Source of the DNA: an uncultured Gemmatimonadales bacterium
GTDB lineage: Bacteria > Gemmatimonadota > Gemmatimonadetes > Longimicrobiales > RSA9
DNA length: 64,000 bases
Assembly (NCBI GenBank): GCA_963741945.1
Contig: CAVUKA010000002.1
Coordinates: 111,730 to 175,729, forward strand
Reading direction: 5' to 3'
Positions 48,713 to 57,931 of this stretch are shown here, piece after piece. The position numbers were made by a program, and so were the translations under genes. How positions within the stretch are numbered: position 1 is the stretch's first letter; the number at the start of each line of letters is the position of its first letter. The notes beneath the pieces are model-generated. The model saw nothing but the letters and a program-made list of their open reading frames with translations. It made no database searches and was not told the DNA's origin.

Positions 48713-51142
48713 ATGGCTGGTGAGGGAGAGCTGTACCTGGGTGGGATCCTGGACTCTGGAACCGGCGAGCGGACGGGCGAGACCCTCACGCACGCTGCGC
48801 GGCAGCTGACGACCCACGGCGTCATCGTCGGGATGACCGGGTCCGGGAAGACGGGCCTCGGCATCGTGCTCCTGGAGGAAGCGCTCCTCTCGGGCATTCC
48901 CGTCCTCGTCCTGGACCCCAAGGGGGACATGGGGAACCTCCTCCTCACGTTCCCCGAGCTGCGCCCGGCCGACTTCAGGCCATGGGTCGACCCTGCCGAG
49001 GCGCGCCGCAAGGGCGAGGACTTCGACGCGTTCGCCGCGGAAACCGCATCCACGTGGCGGGAGGGTCTCGCGCGCTGGGACGTCGCGCCCGATCGGATCC
49101 GCCAGCTCAGGGACACGGCCGCGTTCACGCTCTACACGCCGGGCTCGCGGGCGGGCGTCCCGCTCAACCTCCTCGGTTCCCTGAACGCCCCCGGGATCGG
49201 CCCGGGCGATGACCTCGAGGCCATGCGGGAGGAGATCGAGGGGCTGGTCTCCAGCCTCCTCACCATCGCCGGGCTCGACCCCGACCCCCTCGCCAGCCCC
49301 GAGCACATCTTCCTCTCCAACGTCATCGAGCACCTCTGGTCCGACGGGCGCGACCTGGAGCTCGGCAGCCTCATCCGCTTCGTCCAGGACCCGCCCATCC
49401 GCAAGCTCGGCGTCTTCTCCCTCGACGAGTTCTTCCCCGAGGCGAAACGGCGCGAGCTCGCCATGCGCCTCAACGCGCTCATGGCCTCGCCCTCGTTCGC
49501 CTCCTGGCTCGAGGGAGAGCCCATGGACCTGGACGCCATGACCCGCACCGCCGACGGGCGGCCCCGCGCCTCCATCGTCTACCTCGCCCACCTCTCCGAG
49601 GCCGAGCGACAGTTCGTCGTCACGCTCCTCCTGACCCGGCTCGTCACCTGGATGCGCCGCCAGCCCGGGACCTCCGACCTCCGGCTCCTCGTCTACATGG
49701 ACGAGATGTTCGGCTTCGCGCCACCCACCGCGCAGCCGCCATCGAAGAAGCCGATCCTGACGATCTTCAAGCAGGCCCGGGCGCACGGCGTCGGGATGGT
49801 GGTGTCCACGCAGAACCCGGTGGACCTCGACTACAAGGTGATCGGGAACGCGGGCACCTGGATGCTCGGCCGCCTCCAGACCGAGCGCGACAAGGCGCGG
49901 GTCCTCGAAGGGCTCACTGCCGCCAGCGGCGCCGTCAATGTACGCAGCATCGACGCGCTCCTCGCCGGGCTCGGGAAGCGGCAGTTCGTCCTGCGCACCA
50001 CCGGCTCTGCGGAGCCGGTGCTCTTCACGACCCGCTGGGCCATGTCCTTCCTCCGGGGCGCGCTCACGCGCGACGAGGTGCGACGCCTGGCCACCGGCGA
50101 GGCCGGGGACGCGCCAACCGCCCCGGCGACCCCCACCACCGCACCCGCAGCCACCGCGGATACCGCCTCTGCCGCCGCCCCAACACCGCCCGCGCCCGCC
50201 GTGGCCGACGACGAGAGCCCGATCCAGCCGCGGGTCCCCTCCTCCGTCCCGGTCTTCTGGCTCGACGCCGCCGCACCCTGGGCGGCCGGGGTCGGAGCGG
50301 TGGCCGGCGCCCGGCGGCTGGAGCCCGCCCTCGTCGCCCGGCTCCGGGTCACGTTCGACGATCGAGCCGCCGGCATCGACCACAGCCAGGAATGGGAGCG
50401 TGTGTTCTTCCCCCTCGGCACCCGCTTCGATCCCGAGGCCGGCATCGAGATCGACTACGACGACCGCGACCTCCGCCCCGACGCTCCCGACGGCGCCCAC
50501 TACGTGCTCGGCGATGCCCCCATCACCTCCGCCGCTTACTGGCGCGACGCCGAGCGCGCGCTGAAGGAAGCGGTCTACCGGGACGAGCGGCTGACCGTCC
50601 TGCGGAACCCCGACCTGTCCCTCTACTCGCGCCCCGGAGAGGGCCGGGATGCGTTCCTCTCCCGCTGCCGGGCCGAGGCGGAGCGGAGGGCGGATGAGGA
50701 GGCCGCGGCCCTCAGGGACCGTTACGAGAAACGGGTCGACCGGCTCCGCGACGCCCTCGCCCGCGCCGAGAGTCGCGTCCGCGAGCTCGAGGTGGACGTC
50801 TCCACGCGCAAGCAGCAGGAGCTCGTCGCGGGCGCCGGCAAGCTGATCTCCATGTTCCTGAAGGGACGGGCCAGCGCCTCCGGCCTCTCCGGCGTGGCCT
50901 CACGGCGGTCCATCACCCGGCGGACCGAGGAGCGGCTGGCCACCGCCACGCAGCAGGCCACTGATGCGGAGCAGGAGATCGGGAAGGTCGAGCACGATCT
51001 CCTCGATGAGGTCGAGGAGATCGTCGACGGCTGGCACCGCCGCGCCGGCACCATCGACGAGCTGGGAATCACGCTGGAGAAGGACGACATCGACGTGGCC
51101 CAGGTCGCCCTCGTCTGGGTTCCGGTGGCCCCGCGGCGCTGA
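48713..51142 (+). CDS. HerA/FtsK-like (DUF87-type) ATPase with C-terminal coiled coil
   Basis: THGVIVGMTGSGKT Walker A, LDPKGD, YMDE Walker B, KQAR..GV, TQNPVDLDYK. Confidence 0.88.
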   Translation: MAGEGELYLGGILDSGTGERTGETLTHAARQLTTHGVIVGMTGSGKTGLGIVLLEEALLSGIPVLVLDPKGDMGNLLLTFPELRPADFRPWVDPAEARRKGEDFDAFAAETASTWREGLARWDVAPDRIRQLRDTAAFTLYTPGSRAGVPLNLLGSLNAPGIGPGDDLEAMREEIEGLVSSLLTIAGLDPDPLASPEHIFLSNVIEHLWSDGRDLELGSLIRFVQDPPIRKLGVFSLDEFFPEAKRRELAMRLNALMASPSFASWLEGEPMDLDAMTRTADGRPRASIVYLAHLSEAERQFVVTLLLTRLVTWMRRQPGTSDLRLLVYMDEMFGFAPPTAQPPSKKPILTIFKQARAHGVGMVVSTQNPVDLDYKVIGNAGTWMLGRLQTERDKARVLEGLTAASGAVNVRSIDALLAGLGKRQFVLRTTGSAEPVLFTTRWAMSFLRGALTRDEVRRLATGEAGDAPTAPATPTTAPAATADTASAAAPTPPAPAVADDESPIQPRVPSSVPVFWLDAAAPWAAGVGAVAGARRLEPALVARLRVTFDDRAAGIDHSQEWERVFFPLGTRFDPEAGIEIDYDDRDLRPDAPDGAHYVLGDAPITSAAYWRDAERALKEAVYRDERLTVLRNPDLSLYSRPGEGRDAFLSRCRAEAERRADEEAAALRDRYEKRVDRLRDALARAESRVRELEVDVSTRKQQELVAGAGKLISMFLKGRASASGLSGVASRRSITRRTEERLATATQQATDAEQEIGKVEHDLLDEVEEIVDGWHRRAGTIDELGITLEKDDIDVAQVALVWVPVAPRR

Positions 51143-51169
51143 GCGGATCGGACCGGCTACCGGCCGACG

Positions 51170-52027
51170 CTACTTCACCGGGAACTGGATCCCCGCGGCC
51201 AGACCCCAGCCGCTCACGTCCAGCTTGAGCGGCACGCCGTCCGGGAGCGGTCCGTGCGCGTCCCACTCCACGCTCGGGAAGCTGCGCGCCGTGTACCCGC
51301 CCTCCAGGAACAGGTAGCCGGGGCCAACGGAGAGCGCGTAGCCGAGCACGCCTCCCATCAGGAAGGCCTGCGCGCTCCCCTGGAGCAGGGCCCGGTCACC
51401 GTCGAGCACCTGCAGCGCGTCCGTACGCATGAAACCCGTCCGGAGGCCGATGTACGTGCCGATCGGCTCGTACGTGATGTACAGCGTCACCGTGGGGAGC
51501 GTGCGGATCATGGTGCTGAGGTCGAGCGTCGGCTCGCGAAGCTCCACGCCCTGCACCTGCCCGTACCCGATCCCCAGCTCGAGCGTCCAGCGGATGTCGT
51601 CCGGGGAGTAGGAGGGGGATGGATGCGTCACCTCGTACGTGTAGATCGTATCCGCGCCCCCGCCCGCCTCGCGCCGGACCTCGACCCCCTCGAGCACGCG
51701 CCGCTCCTTCGCCGCTGTCTCCTCCAGGCGGCGCTTCGCCGCCGGAGATGGCACCTCGGCCACCTCGAACAGCAGCTCGACGCCGAACGAAGTGAGGCCG
51801 AACGGCGCGCGGTCGAGCGCGCCCCGGCCGCCCTCCCCCCGGCCGTAGTAGAAGCTCAGGTCGGAGACCCGGCTGGCCAGCGCCTCCACCGCGCCGAACT
51901 GCGCCGCCGCGCGCGCGGGCGCAAACGCCAGCAGGACCGCGGCCACAGCCACCGCGGCGGCGAACGGAAACGCGACAGCCGCCCCGGCCCGCACCGGACG
52001 CGGGCGTCCTGCGCTCCGGGCGCTCAT
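51170..52027 (-). CDS. Hypothetical exported protein, probable outer-membrane beta-barrel
   Basis: Signal peptide ..ARAAAQ; amphipathic beta-strands; C-terminal GIQF; ATGA overlap with the upstream gene. Confidence 0.65.
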   Translation of the reverse strand: MSARSAGRPRPVRAGAAVAFPFAAAVAVAAVLLAFAPARAAAQFGAVEALASRVSDLSFYYGRGEGGRGALDRAPFGLTSFGVELLFEVAEVPSPAAKRRLEETAAKERRVLEGVEVRREAGGGADTIYTYEVTHPSPSYSPDDIRWTLELGIGYGQVQGVELREPTLDLSTMIRTLPTVTLYITYEPIGTYIGLRTGFMRTDALQVLDGDRALLQGSAQAFLMGGVLGYALSVGPGYLFLEGGYTARSFPSVEWDAHGPLPDGVPLKLDVSGWGLAAGIQFPVK

Positions 52028-53013
52028 CGGGGCTCCCGGGTTGTCGGAGAGGCGGCCATGGTCGGGGGCGCGGTGGCACCGGCGTCCGAGGGCGCGGCGA
52101 CGACGGTCGCGAAGAAGTTCATGGCCCGGTACTCCTCCGCCACCAGGTTCGCGTAAGGCGCCGAGAAGAAGGGGCCTACCGGGTAGGCGATCCCCCCCTG
52201 CAGCTTCTGCTTCGCCACTTCCGGGAGCAGCGAGCCCAGCGCGGTGTCCTGCGCCGCGTCCTGCGGCACCACGGCCACCACGTGCCGCCCACCCTCGCCG
52301 CGCTCGCCGACGTAGTGGTGGAGCATGCCCCGCAGCTCGTCCAGCATGAGCTGCTCCTCCGCCGACGTGACTTCGTCGACCCGGACGAGGGCGGCCAGCG
52401 TGTCCGCGAGCTGGCTCACCTGGCGGTCCGGGGGCGACGTCGCCAGGTACCGCTCCACCGACTGGCGCAGCCGCACCATGTCCGCCGCACTGCCTCCCGC
52501 CGTCAGCTCGTCCCACCGGAACTCCACGCCCCACGCCTCCGCGAACGACTCCACGAACGCGCGCTCCCTGTCGTCGAGCTCCCGGTCCAGAAGCGCCACC
52601 TGCCCCAGGATCTCCAGGATCTGGCGGGCGGCGGACGGGCGGAAGAAGCTGCGGGCGAGGTCGCCTACTTCGCTCCGCTCGAGCCGGAGCGACTCCCGGA
52701 TCAGCATCCAGAGTCCCCGCTGCCGCCGACCCTCCACCCACCGCCCGGTGCCGACCGCCAGCGTCACCATGCCGGCGAGCACCCAGATGGCCGCGTCCGC
52801 GAAGCCGGCCCAGTAGCCGTGGGCCGCCGAGCTGAGGCCGAGAACCACCAGCGTGACCAGCCCCAGGCTCTCGCCCGCCAGCGACACGCTCTCCGCCACC
52901 GCCTTCTCGTGCTTCCGGATCCACAGCTTGTTCAGGATCAGGTACGCCTGCGCGGCGGCCACGACCAGCGCGGCCACCGTGATCGACTGGATCGCGGTGC
53001 GTAGGGTGTCCAT
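52024..53013 (-). CDS. Membrane protein with a TerB-like domain
   Basis: 3 N-terminal TMs; ALLDRELDDRERAFV and LVRVDEVTSAEEQLML duplicated TerB-like D..(L/S)..E motifs. Confidence 0.7.
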   Translation of the reverse strand: MDTLRTAIQSITVAALVVAAAQAYLILNKLWIRKHEKAVAESVSLAGESLGLVTLVVLGLSSAAHGYWAGFADAAIWVLAGMVTLAVGTGRWVEGRRQRGLWMLIRESLRLERSEVGDLARSFFRPSAARQILEILGQVALLDRELDDRERAFVESFAEAWGVEFRWDELTAGGSAADMVRLRQSVERYLATSPPDRQVSQLADTLAALVRVDEVTSAEEQLMLDELRGMLHHYVGERGEGGRHVVAVVPQDAAQDTALGSLLPEVAKQKLQGGIAYPVGPFFSAPYANLVAEEYRAMNFFATVVAAPSDAGATAPPTMAASPTTREPR

Positions 53014-53137
53014 CGACGTCCGGAACGGGCGGGGCAAGGCCGGAAAGGGGACCCTGCAATGTGTGCCCGGGCCCCGGGCGGGGCAATCATCTCGATCCCG
53101 GGCCGCCCCGTGGGCGGATGGGCCGAGCGGGACGCAG

Positions 53138-53191
53138 GTCAGGATCCGGTCAGGATCCGCTCCCTCCACGTCAGGGTCGCGTCAGGATTCA
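53138..53191. promoter_or_regulatory. Four GTCAGG direct repeats in 11/21/11-bp phase
   Basis: Copies start at 53138, 53149, 53170 and 53181. Confidence 0.55.
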
Positions 53192-53286
53192 CCACGTCGT
53201 GGGCCGGGAGCTGCCGCCGCCTCACGCTCCGCCTCGCCGATGAGGCCGGCACGACCGCGACCGCGGAGTTCAAGTTCGTGAAGTGA
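53191..53286 (+). pseudogene. 3' remnant of a PxKF-domain-like gene
   Basis: TTSWAGSCRRLTLRLADEAGTTATAEFKFVK*; no credible start; hairpin follows. Confidence 0.5.
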
Positions 53287-53319
53287 ACGGAGGAAGGAGC
53301 TCGCCCGCACCATACGTGG

Positions 53320-53345
53320 ACGCCCCCGGGACCCGGGGGCGTTTC
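53320..53345 (+). terminator. GC-rich hairpin, probable terminator
   Basis: ACGCCCCCGG-GAC-CCGGGGGCGT followed by TTC. Confidence 0.5.
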
Positions 53346-53448
53346 ACCAATGGAGGGGGACACCGGTCGTCGCCCGGGAACGGCTCGCCCCGTTCCCTAC
53401 CCCGGCGACGCACCGGGGTTCTCACGACCCCGGCGCGTCCGCGCCCCG

Positions 53449-55620
53449 TCAGCCGGAGAGCTCGATCCTGACCTGGAGCGAATCGCCTTCGACGCCCAGG
53501 AGGTTCGCGAGGGTGCGTGAACCGCGACGCCGGAACTGGAGCTTCACGCGGGAGCGGCCGACGTGGAGGCCGGTGACGGTGAGGGTGTCCAGGAAGGGGG
53601 GAAGAAGCGGCTCACGGATGTGGAGCTCGCCGGCCGGGCCGTCCGGCAGGATCCCCGTCGCGGCCTGGAGCAGCATGAACAGGGAGCCCGCCGCCCAGGC
53701 CTGGGGCGAGCAGCTGACCGGGTACAGGACGGGAGCGTCGCCGTGGCCGCGCTCCATGCCGCAGAACAGCTCCGGCAGCCGGTGGTAGCGGAGGTTGGCG
53801 GCCGCCTCGTGCAGCGCCGTCAGGATGCGGAGCGCCCCGGCCTTGTGCCCCGCCAGACCCAGGCCCAGACCGATCAGGGCGTTGTCGTGCGGCCAGATGG
53901 AGCCGTCATGGTAGCTCATGGGGTTGAACACCGGGTGCGCGGCGCTCAGCGTCCGGATGCCCCAGCCGGAGAACATCTCGGAGCTGCCGAGCTGCCGCGC
54001 CATGCGCGCAGTCTGCTCCGGGGTCGGGATGCGGCTCCAGAGCAGGTGGCCGGCGTTGCTCGTGACCGTGGGCACGGCTCGCTTCCGCCCGTCCAGCGCC
54101 AGCGCGAACGTGCCCAGCTCCTCGAGCCAGAAGGTTTCGAGGATCCGGTCGCGCAGCGTCGCGGCTTCGTCGCGGAGCCGCGCAGCATCCTCGGCCCGGC
54201 CGAACGCGTCGAAGAGCTGCGCCGTCCTCACCTTGGCGTCGTGGACGTATCCCTGCACCTCGACCAGCGCGATGGGGGGCTCGGGGAGCGTGCCGTCCGG
54301 GAACGGAACGCCGTCGCCGGAGTCCTTCCATCCCTGGTTCACGAGACCCTTGCCCCCGCTGCCGGCGTATTCCACGAACCCGTCGCCGTCGAGGTCGCCG
54401 TAGCGGTCGATCCACTGGAGCGCCCGGTCGGCATGCGGAAGCAGGTCGCGCACGAGCTCGGCGTTTCCCGTCCAGCGCCAGGTCTCGTGCAGCAGCACGA
54501 GCCAGAGCGGCGTCGCGTCCACGGTACCGTAGTAGGGGATGTGGGGGATCTCGCCGCTGCGGGCCATCTCGCCGCGCCGGATCTCGTGCATGATCCGGCC
54601 AGGCTGCTCCTCCGTGAACGCGTCCTCCCGCTCGCCCTGCTGTCGGGCGAGGTAGCGGAGCGTGTCGTAGGCGATCCGCGGGTTGACCGGGAGGGTCTGG
54701 AGCGAGGTGATGATCGAGTCCCGGCCGAACGCGGTGGAGTACCACGGGATTCCCGCCGAGATCACCTCGTAGCCGTCCGCCTCCACGTACAATGCCCGCA
54801 GGTCCACCACCGCCTGATCGATGGTCGCGTTGAACGCCTCGACGTTGCTGTGCCAGAGCGTGCACTCGTCGCGCCAGCGGTCGTAGCTGCGGGCGAGCGG
54901 GGCGATGCGGGCGGCAAGGTCGCCACCCAGCTGCGAGGTGCGGTCGTCCGGATCGAACCCCGGCAGGACTTCCCACTCCACCGAGCGGGACTCACCGGAC
55001 TCCAACCGCATGGTCCACCGCGTGACGCGGGGCCCCGTGGCGTCGGGCACCGTCGCGAAGCGGACCCGGGTCCTGAGCAGCAGCCCATCCGTGCCCCTGT
55101 ACCAGTAGTCGATCCCCGCGCTGTCCGCGGCCGGAGCGTAGAACTGACCGCGCTGCTCCCGCCGCCACCCCCGGACTTCGAAGATGTCTGCGAAGTCGGC
55201 TCCCGTGGTCAGCTCGATCCAGTAGTCGATGCCGTGGGTCAGGTAGTTCGTCAGCGTCACGCGCTCGGTCAGCCTGTCGCTCAGCACCATCTCCCGCCGG
55301 ATGTGCACGCTGTTCCGGTTGGCCCGCGGATCCTCGCCGCCGAACGCCCGGTCCGTCACGGCCAGGTCGATCTGCGCGCTGTACATCGACCCGGCGTGGG
55401 ACGAGAGCAGAGATGCCGGTCCTCCCGCGAGGCGCAGCGCGTAGTGGCTGAGGAACCGCGTATCGTCCCGGAACAGGCCCGAGCCGCAGTCCCCGGGCGG
55501 CGCGATGTCTCCCCGCTCGTCCGCCACCAGGAACAGGCGCTCCTGCTTGAGCGTCAGCGAATTCCCGAGCGTCGATTCGCCGCCGCACGAGATCGTGCCG
55601 TAGCCGACCGCCTCCTCCAT
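53449..55620 (-). CDS. Amylo-alpha-1,6-glucosidase-like (glycogen debranching N-terminal plus six-hairpin glycosidase) protein
   Basis: DTRFLS, ADFADIFEVRG, AGIPWYSTAFGRDS, EEQPGRIMHE, YYGTVDATP, NQGWKDS, SYHDGSIWPHDN, PQAW; alternative coupled GTG start at 55659. Confidence 0.9.
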   Translation of the reverse strand: MEEAVGYGTISCGGESTLGNSLTLKQERLFLVADERGDIAPPGDCGSGLFRDDTRFLSHYALRLAGGPASLLSSHAGSMYSAQIDLAVTDRAFGGEDPRANRNSVHIRREMVLSDRLTERVTLTNYLTHGIDYWIELTTGADFADIFEVRGWRREQRGQFYAPAADSAGIDYWYRGTDGLLLRTRVRFATVPDATGPRVTRWTMRLESGESRSVEWEVLPGFDPDDRTSQLGGDLAARIAPLARSYDRWRDECTLWHSNVEAFNATIDQAVVDLRALYVEADGYEVISAGIPWYSTAFGRDSIITSLQTLPVNPRIAYDTLRYLARQQGEREDAFTEEQPGRIMHEIRRGEMARSGEIPHIPYYGTVDATPLWLVLLHETWRWTGNAELVRDLLPHADRALQWIDRYGDLDGDGFVEYAGSGGKGLVNQGWKDSGDGVPFPDGTLPEPPIALVEVQGYVHDAKVRTAQLFDAFGRAEDAARLRDEAATLRDRILETFWLEELGTFALALDGRKRAVPTVTSNAGHLLWSRIPTPEQTARMARQLGSSEMFSGWGIRTLSAAHPVFNPMSYHDGSIWPHDNALIGLGLGLAGHKAGALRILTALHEAAANLRYHRLPELFCGMERGHGDAPVLYPVSCSPQAWAAGSLFMLLQAATGILPDGPAGELHIREPLLPPFLDTLTVTGLHVGRSRVKLQFRRRGSRTLANLLGVEGDSLQVRIELSG

Positions 55621-55655
55621 CCCGATTTCTTCCAGCCCCGCCACCAGCCTCCCCG

Positions 55656-56753
55656 TCACGCGGGCCTCCGCGCGGTGGCGGGAACCGGCTGCCGCACCGG
55701 CCCCCCGGCCCGCCACTCCCCCGGCGTTCCACGCGAGCCGCGCAGCCGCTCGTACAGCGCTGCGTACTCCGCCACCATCCGATGGCGGCCGAACCGCTCC
55801 ATCGCGCGCTGCCGGCAGCCCCGCCTGTCGAACTCCTCCAGCGGCCCTCCCGGCCGGATCGTCTGCACCATTTCCTCCATGTCTCGCACCACGAACCCCG
55901 TCCGGCCCTCCTCGACCAGCTCCGGAACGCTGCCCCGCGGGAACGCCACCACGGGGCACCCTGACAGCATCGCCTCGATCATCACCAGCCCGAACGGCTC
56001 GTCCCACTCGATCGGCACCAGTAGCGCCCGCGCGTCCCGCAGCAGTGGCACCTTGCGGCCCATCCCGATCGTCCCGAAATACTCGACGTGAGGCTGTCGC
56101 AGCCGCGGCTCCACCTCCCGCTCTCCGTATTCACGGTCCACCGGGTGCGTCTCGCCGGCCACACGGATCCGGAGACCCGCCGCAGCCGCCGCGTCCACTG
56201 CAGTATGCAGGCCCTTGATCTCCGCGAACCGGCCGATGAAGAGGACGTAGTCGTCCGGCGTGGCGGTCCACTCGTACGCCCCCGCATCGAGCGCGTGGTG
56301 GATCACTTCCATGCGCGGCAGCGCGATCTCCCGCCGACGCTGGTCGTGGGAGATGGCCACGTACGTCACATCCGGGAAGTAGCGGTAGAAGTTCGACAGC
56401 ATCTCGTCCCGCACGTGATGGAGCGTGTAGACCAGCGGGATCTCGGGCACCAGGCGCCCGAAGGCGAGGGCGCCCGCCGAGTGCACGTGCACCACGTCGA
56501 AGCCGTCGTGCACGATCTCCTGCATCGCCCACGACACGTGGTTCAGCTCGTCCATCACGTTCGGCGGCCACGCAGCCTTCGGATAGAAGCAGCGCAGGTC
56601 CGAGCGCGTGGTCGAATCCCCGGTCGCGAACAGCGCCACCTCGTGCCCGAGCGCCGAAAGCCCCTCCGTCAGCTCGCTCACCACCAGCTCCGTCCCGCCG
56701 TAGTCCCGGGGTGGAACGGCGACGAAGGGTGTCGAGACCATCGCGATCTTCAT
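55656..56753 (-). CDS. Glycosyltransferase family 4
   Basis: VPPRDYGGTE, LFATGDS, FIGR...KG, WDEPFGLVMIEAMLSG.PV. Confidence 0.93.
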   Translation of the reverse strand: MKIAMVSTPFVAVPPRDYGGTELVVSELTEGLSALGHEVALFATGDSTTRSDLRCFYPKAAWPPNVMDELNHVSWAMQEIVHDGFDVVHVHSAGALAFGRLVPEIPLVYTLHHVRDEMLSNFYRYFPDVTYVAISHDQRRREIALPRMEVIHHALDAGAYEWTATPDDYVLFIGRFAEIKGLHTAVDAAAAAGLRIRVAGETHPVDREYGEREVEPRLRQPHVEYFGTIGMGRKVPLLRDARALLVPIEWDEPFGLVMIEAMLSGCPVVAFPRGSVPELVEEGRTGFVVRDMEEMVQTIRPGGPLEEFDRRGCRQRAMERFGRHRMVAEYAALYERLRGSRGTPGEWRAGGPVRQPVPATARRPA

Positions 56754-56852
56754 AGGCCGCTTCCTTACATGGGTGGGGCTGTTCGCCCGTCATACATGGG
56801 AGAAGACCCGCGCAGATCGACCGGCCGGCGGGCCTACCATCCTGAACCCAGC

Positions 56853-56895
56853 GCACGCCGCGTGCCGTTCTAAATGATTGTATCGAAAAGGTTTA
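56853..56895 (-). promoter_or_regulatory. Candidate sigma-54 promoter with adjacent AT-rich (IHF-like) tract
   Basis: CGGCACGCGGCGTGC (GG-N10-GC) at 56853-56867; taaatgattgtatcgaaaaggttta immediately upstream. Confidence 0.5.
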
Positions 56896-57146
56896 CGGAG
56901 GTGTCAGCACGGCCCGTTACCACGAGTATGGAATATCTATGACAGGAACACCGCCGGGACACCTTCACCCCCGTGCCCCGCGCGGCCGGACCAACGGCGC
57001 CGGTCTGCGCACCCGGGGCCGAGCCGACTCCGCCATTGCGGCGGGGGCGACGCTGCCCAGCAGCGCCAGGCTCCCCACCGCTCCGGCGCTGGGCGCCAGC
57101 ATCTTCCGGCGCGACAGACGTGGTGTAAGCGGGGCCCCCGGAGCGC

Positions 57147-57665
57147 TCAGGCCGGCGGCTCGCTCCTGCGGATGAGGAGTCCGGCCAGCCCGCCCACCAC
57201 GCCGGCCCCCAGCGTGCCCCAGGCGAGGGTCGGGGCCATGAGCCACTCCAGCCCGAAGACGCGATCCAGGGAGTAGAGGCCGGGCCCGGTGAGCGAGAGG
57301 GTGACGCCCACGGCGCCGTAGAGGAACGGGAGCTCGATGCCGTGGTTGGCGGCGAAGAGCCCGTAGGGGCGGTGAACGCCCCCGGCCGCCACGATCATCA
57401 CGGCTACCATGAGCGCGGGCCCGACGGGGCCCAGCAGCCCGAGGACCACGAGCGCGCCGCTCAGGACCTCGGCGGCGGAAGCGAGGCTGGCGAAGAAGCG
57501 CCCGGGCCGGAACCCCATCTGGTCGAAGGTACCAGCCGTGGCGGCGAGTCCGTGCCCGCCGAACCAGCCGGCGAGCTTCTGCGTCCCGTGCGCGGCCATG
57601 TAGAGGCCGAACACCAGGCGGAGGGCGAGCAGCCCCACACTCACCGTGAAGGTCCAGGCATCCAT
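57147..57665 (-). CDS. DoxX family membrane protein
   Basis: LRLVFGLYMAAHGTQKL.GWFGG.G, GIELP, GPGLYSLD. Confidence 0.9.
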   Translation of the reverse strand: MDAWTFTVSVGLLALRLVFGLYMAAHGTQKLAGWFGGHGLAATAGTFDQMGFRPGRFFASLASAAEVLSGALVVLGLLGPVGPALMVAVMIVAAGGVHRPYGLFAANHGIELPFLYGAVGVTLSLTGPGLYSLDRVFGLEWLMAPTLAWGTLGAGVVGGLAGLLIRRSEPPA

Positions 57666-57931
57666 GGGATCTCCATTCCCCGCTTGCAGTCGTTCCGTCC
57701 GGCGCAGGAGGCACCCCGCGTGCCGGGAAACCGCGATCGGGCGCGCGGAGCCCCGCACGCCGCGTCGGGTTCCTCGCTCTGCGCCGTTGCCGGCACCCGC
57801 TCGAGGGCACGTTCACGCTGCGGGCGGCCGCCGAAGCCTCCTGAGCCCGCACTGGCCCGGTACCGTCGGTGCCCGAGGAGCGATCCTCATCCGGGGGCCG
57901 TGTCGCCCTGGCGCTCGGCTGGCGGATCCAG

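Noticed and set aside
57901-57908. TGTCGCCC just beyond the hipA stop as an alternative element terminus
   Set aside because: A 7-bp match is expected by chance in GC-rich DNA, and no adjacent core motif supports it.
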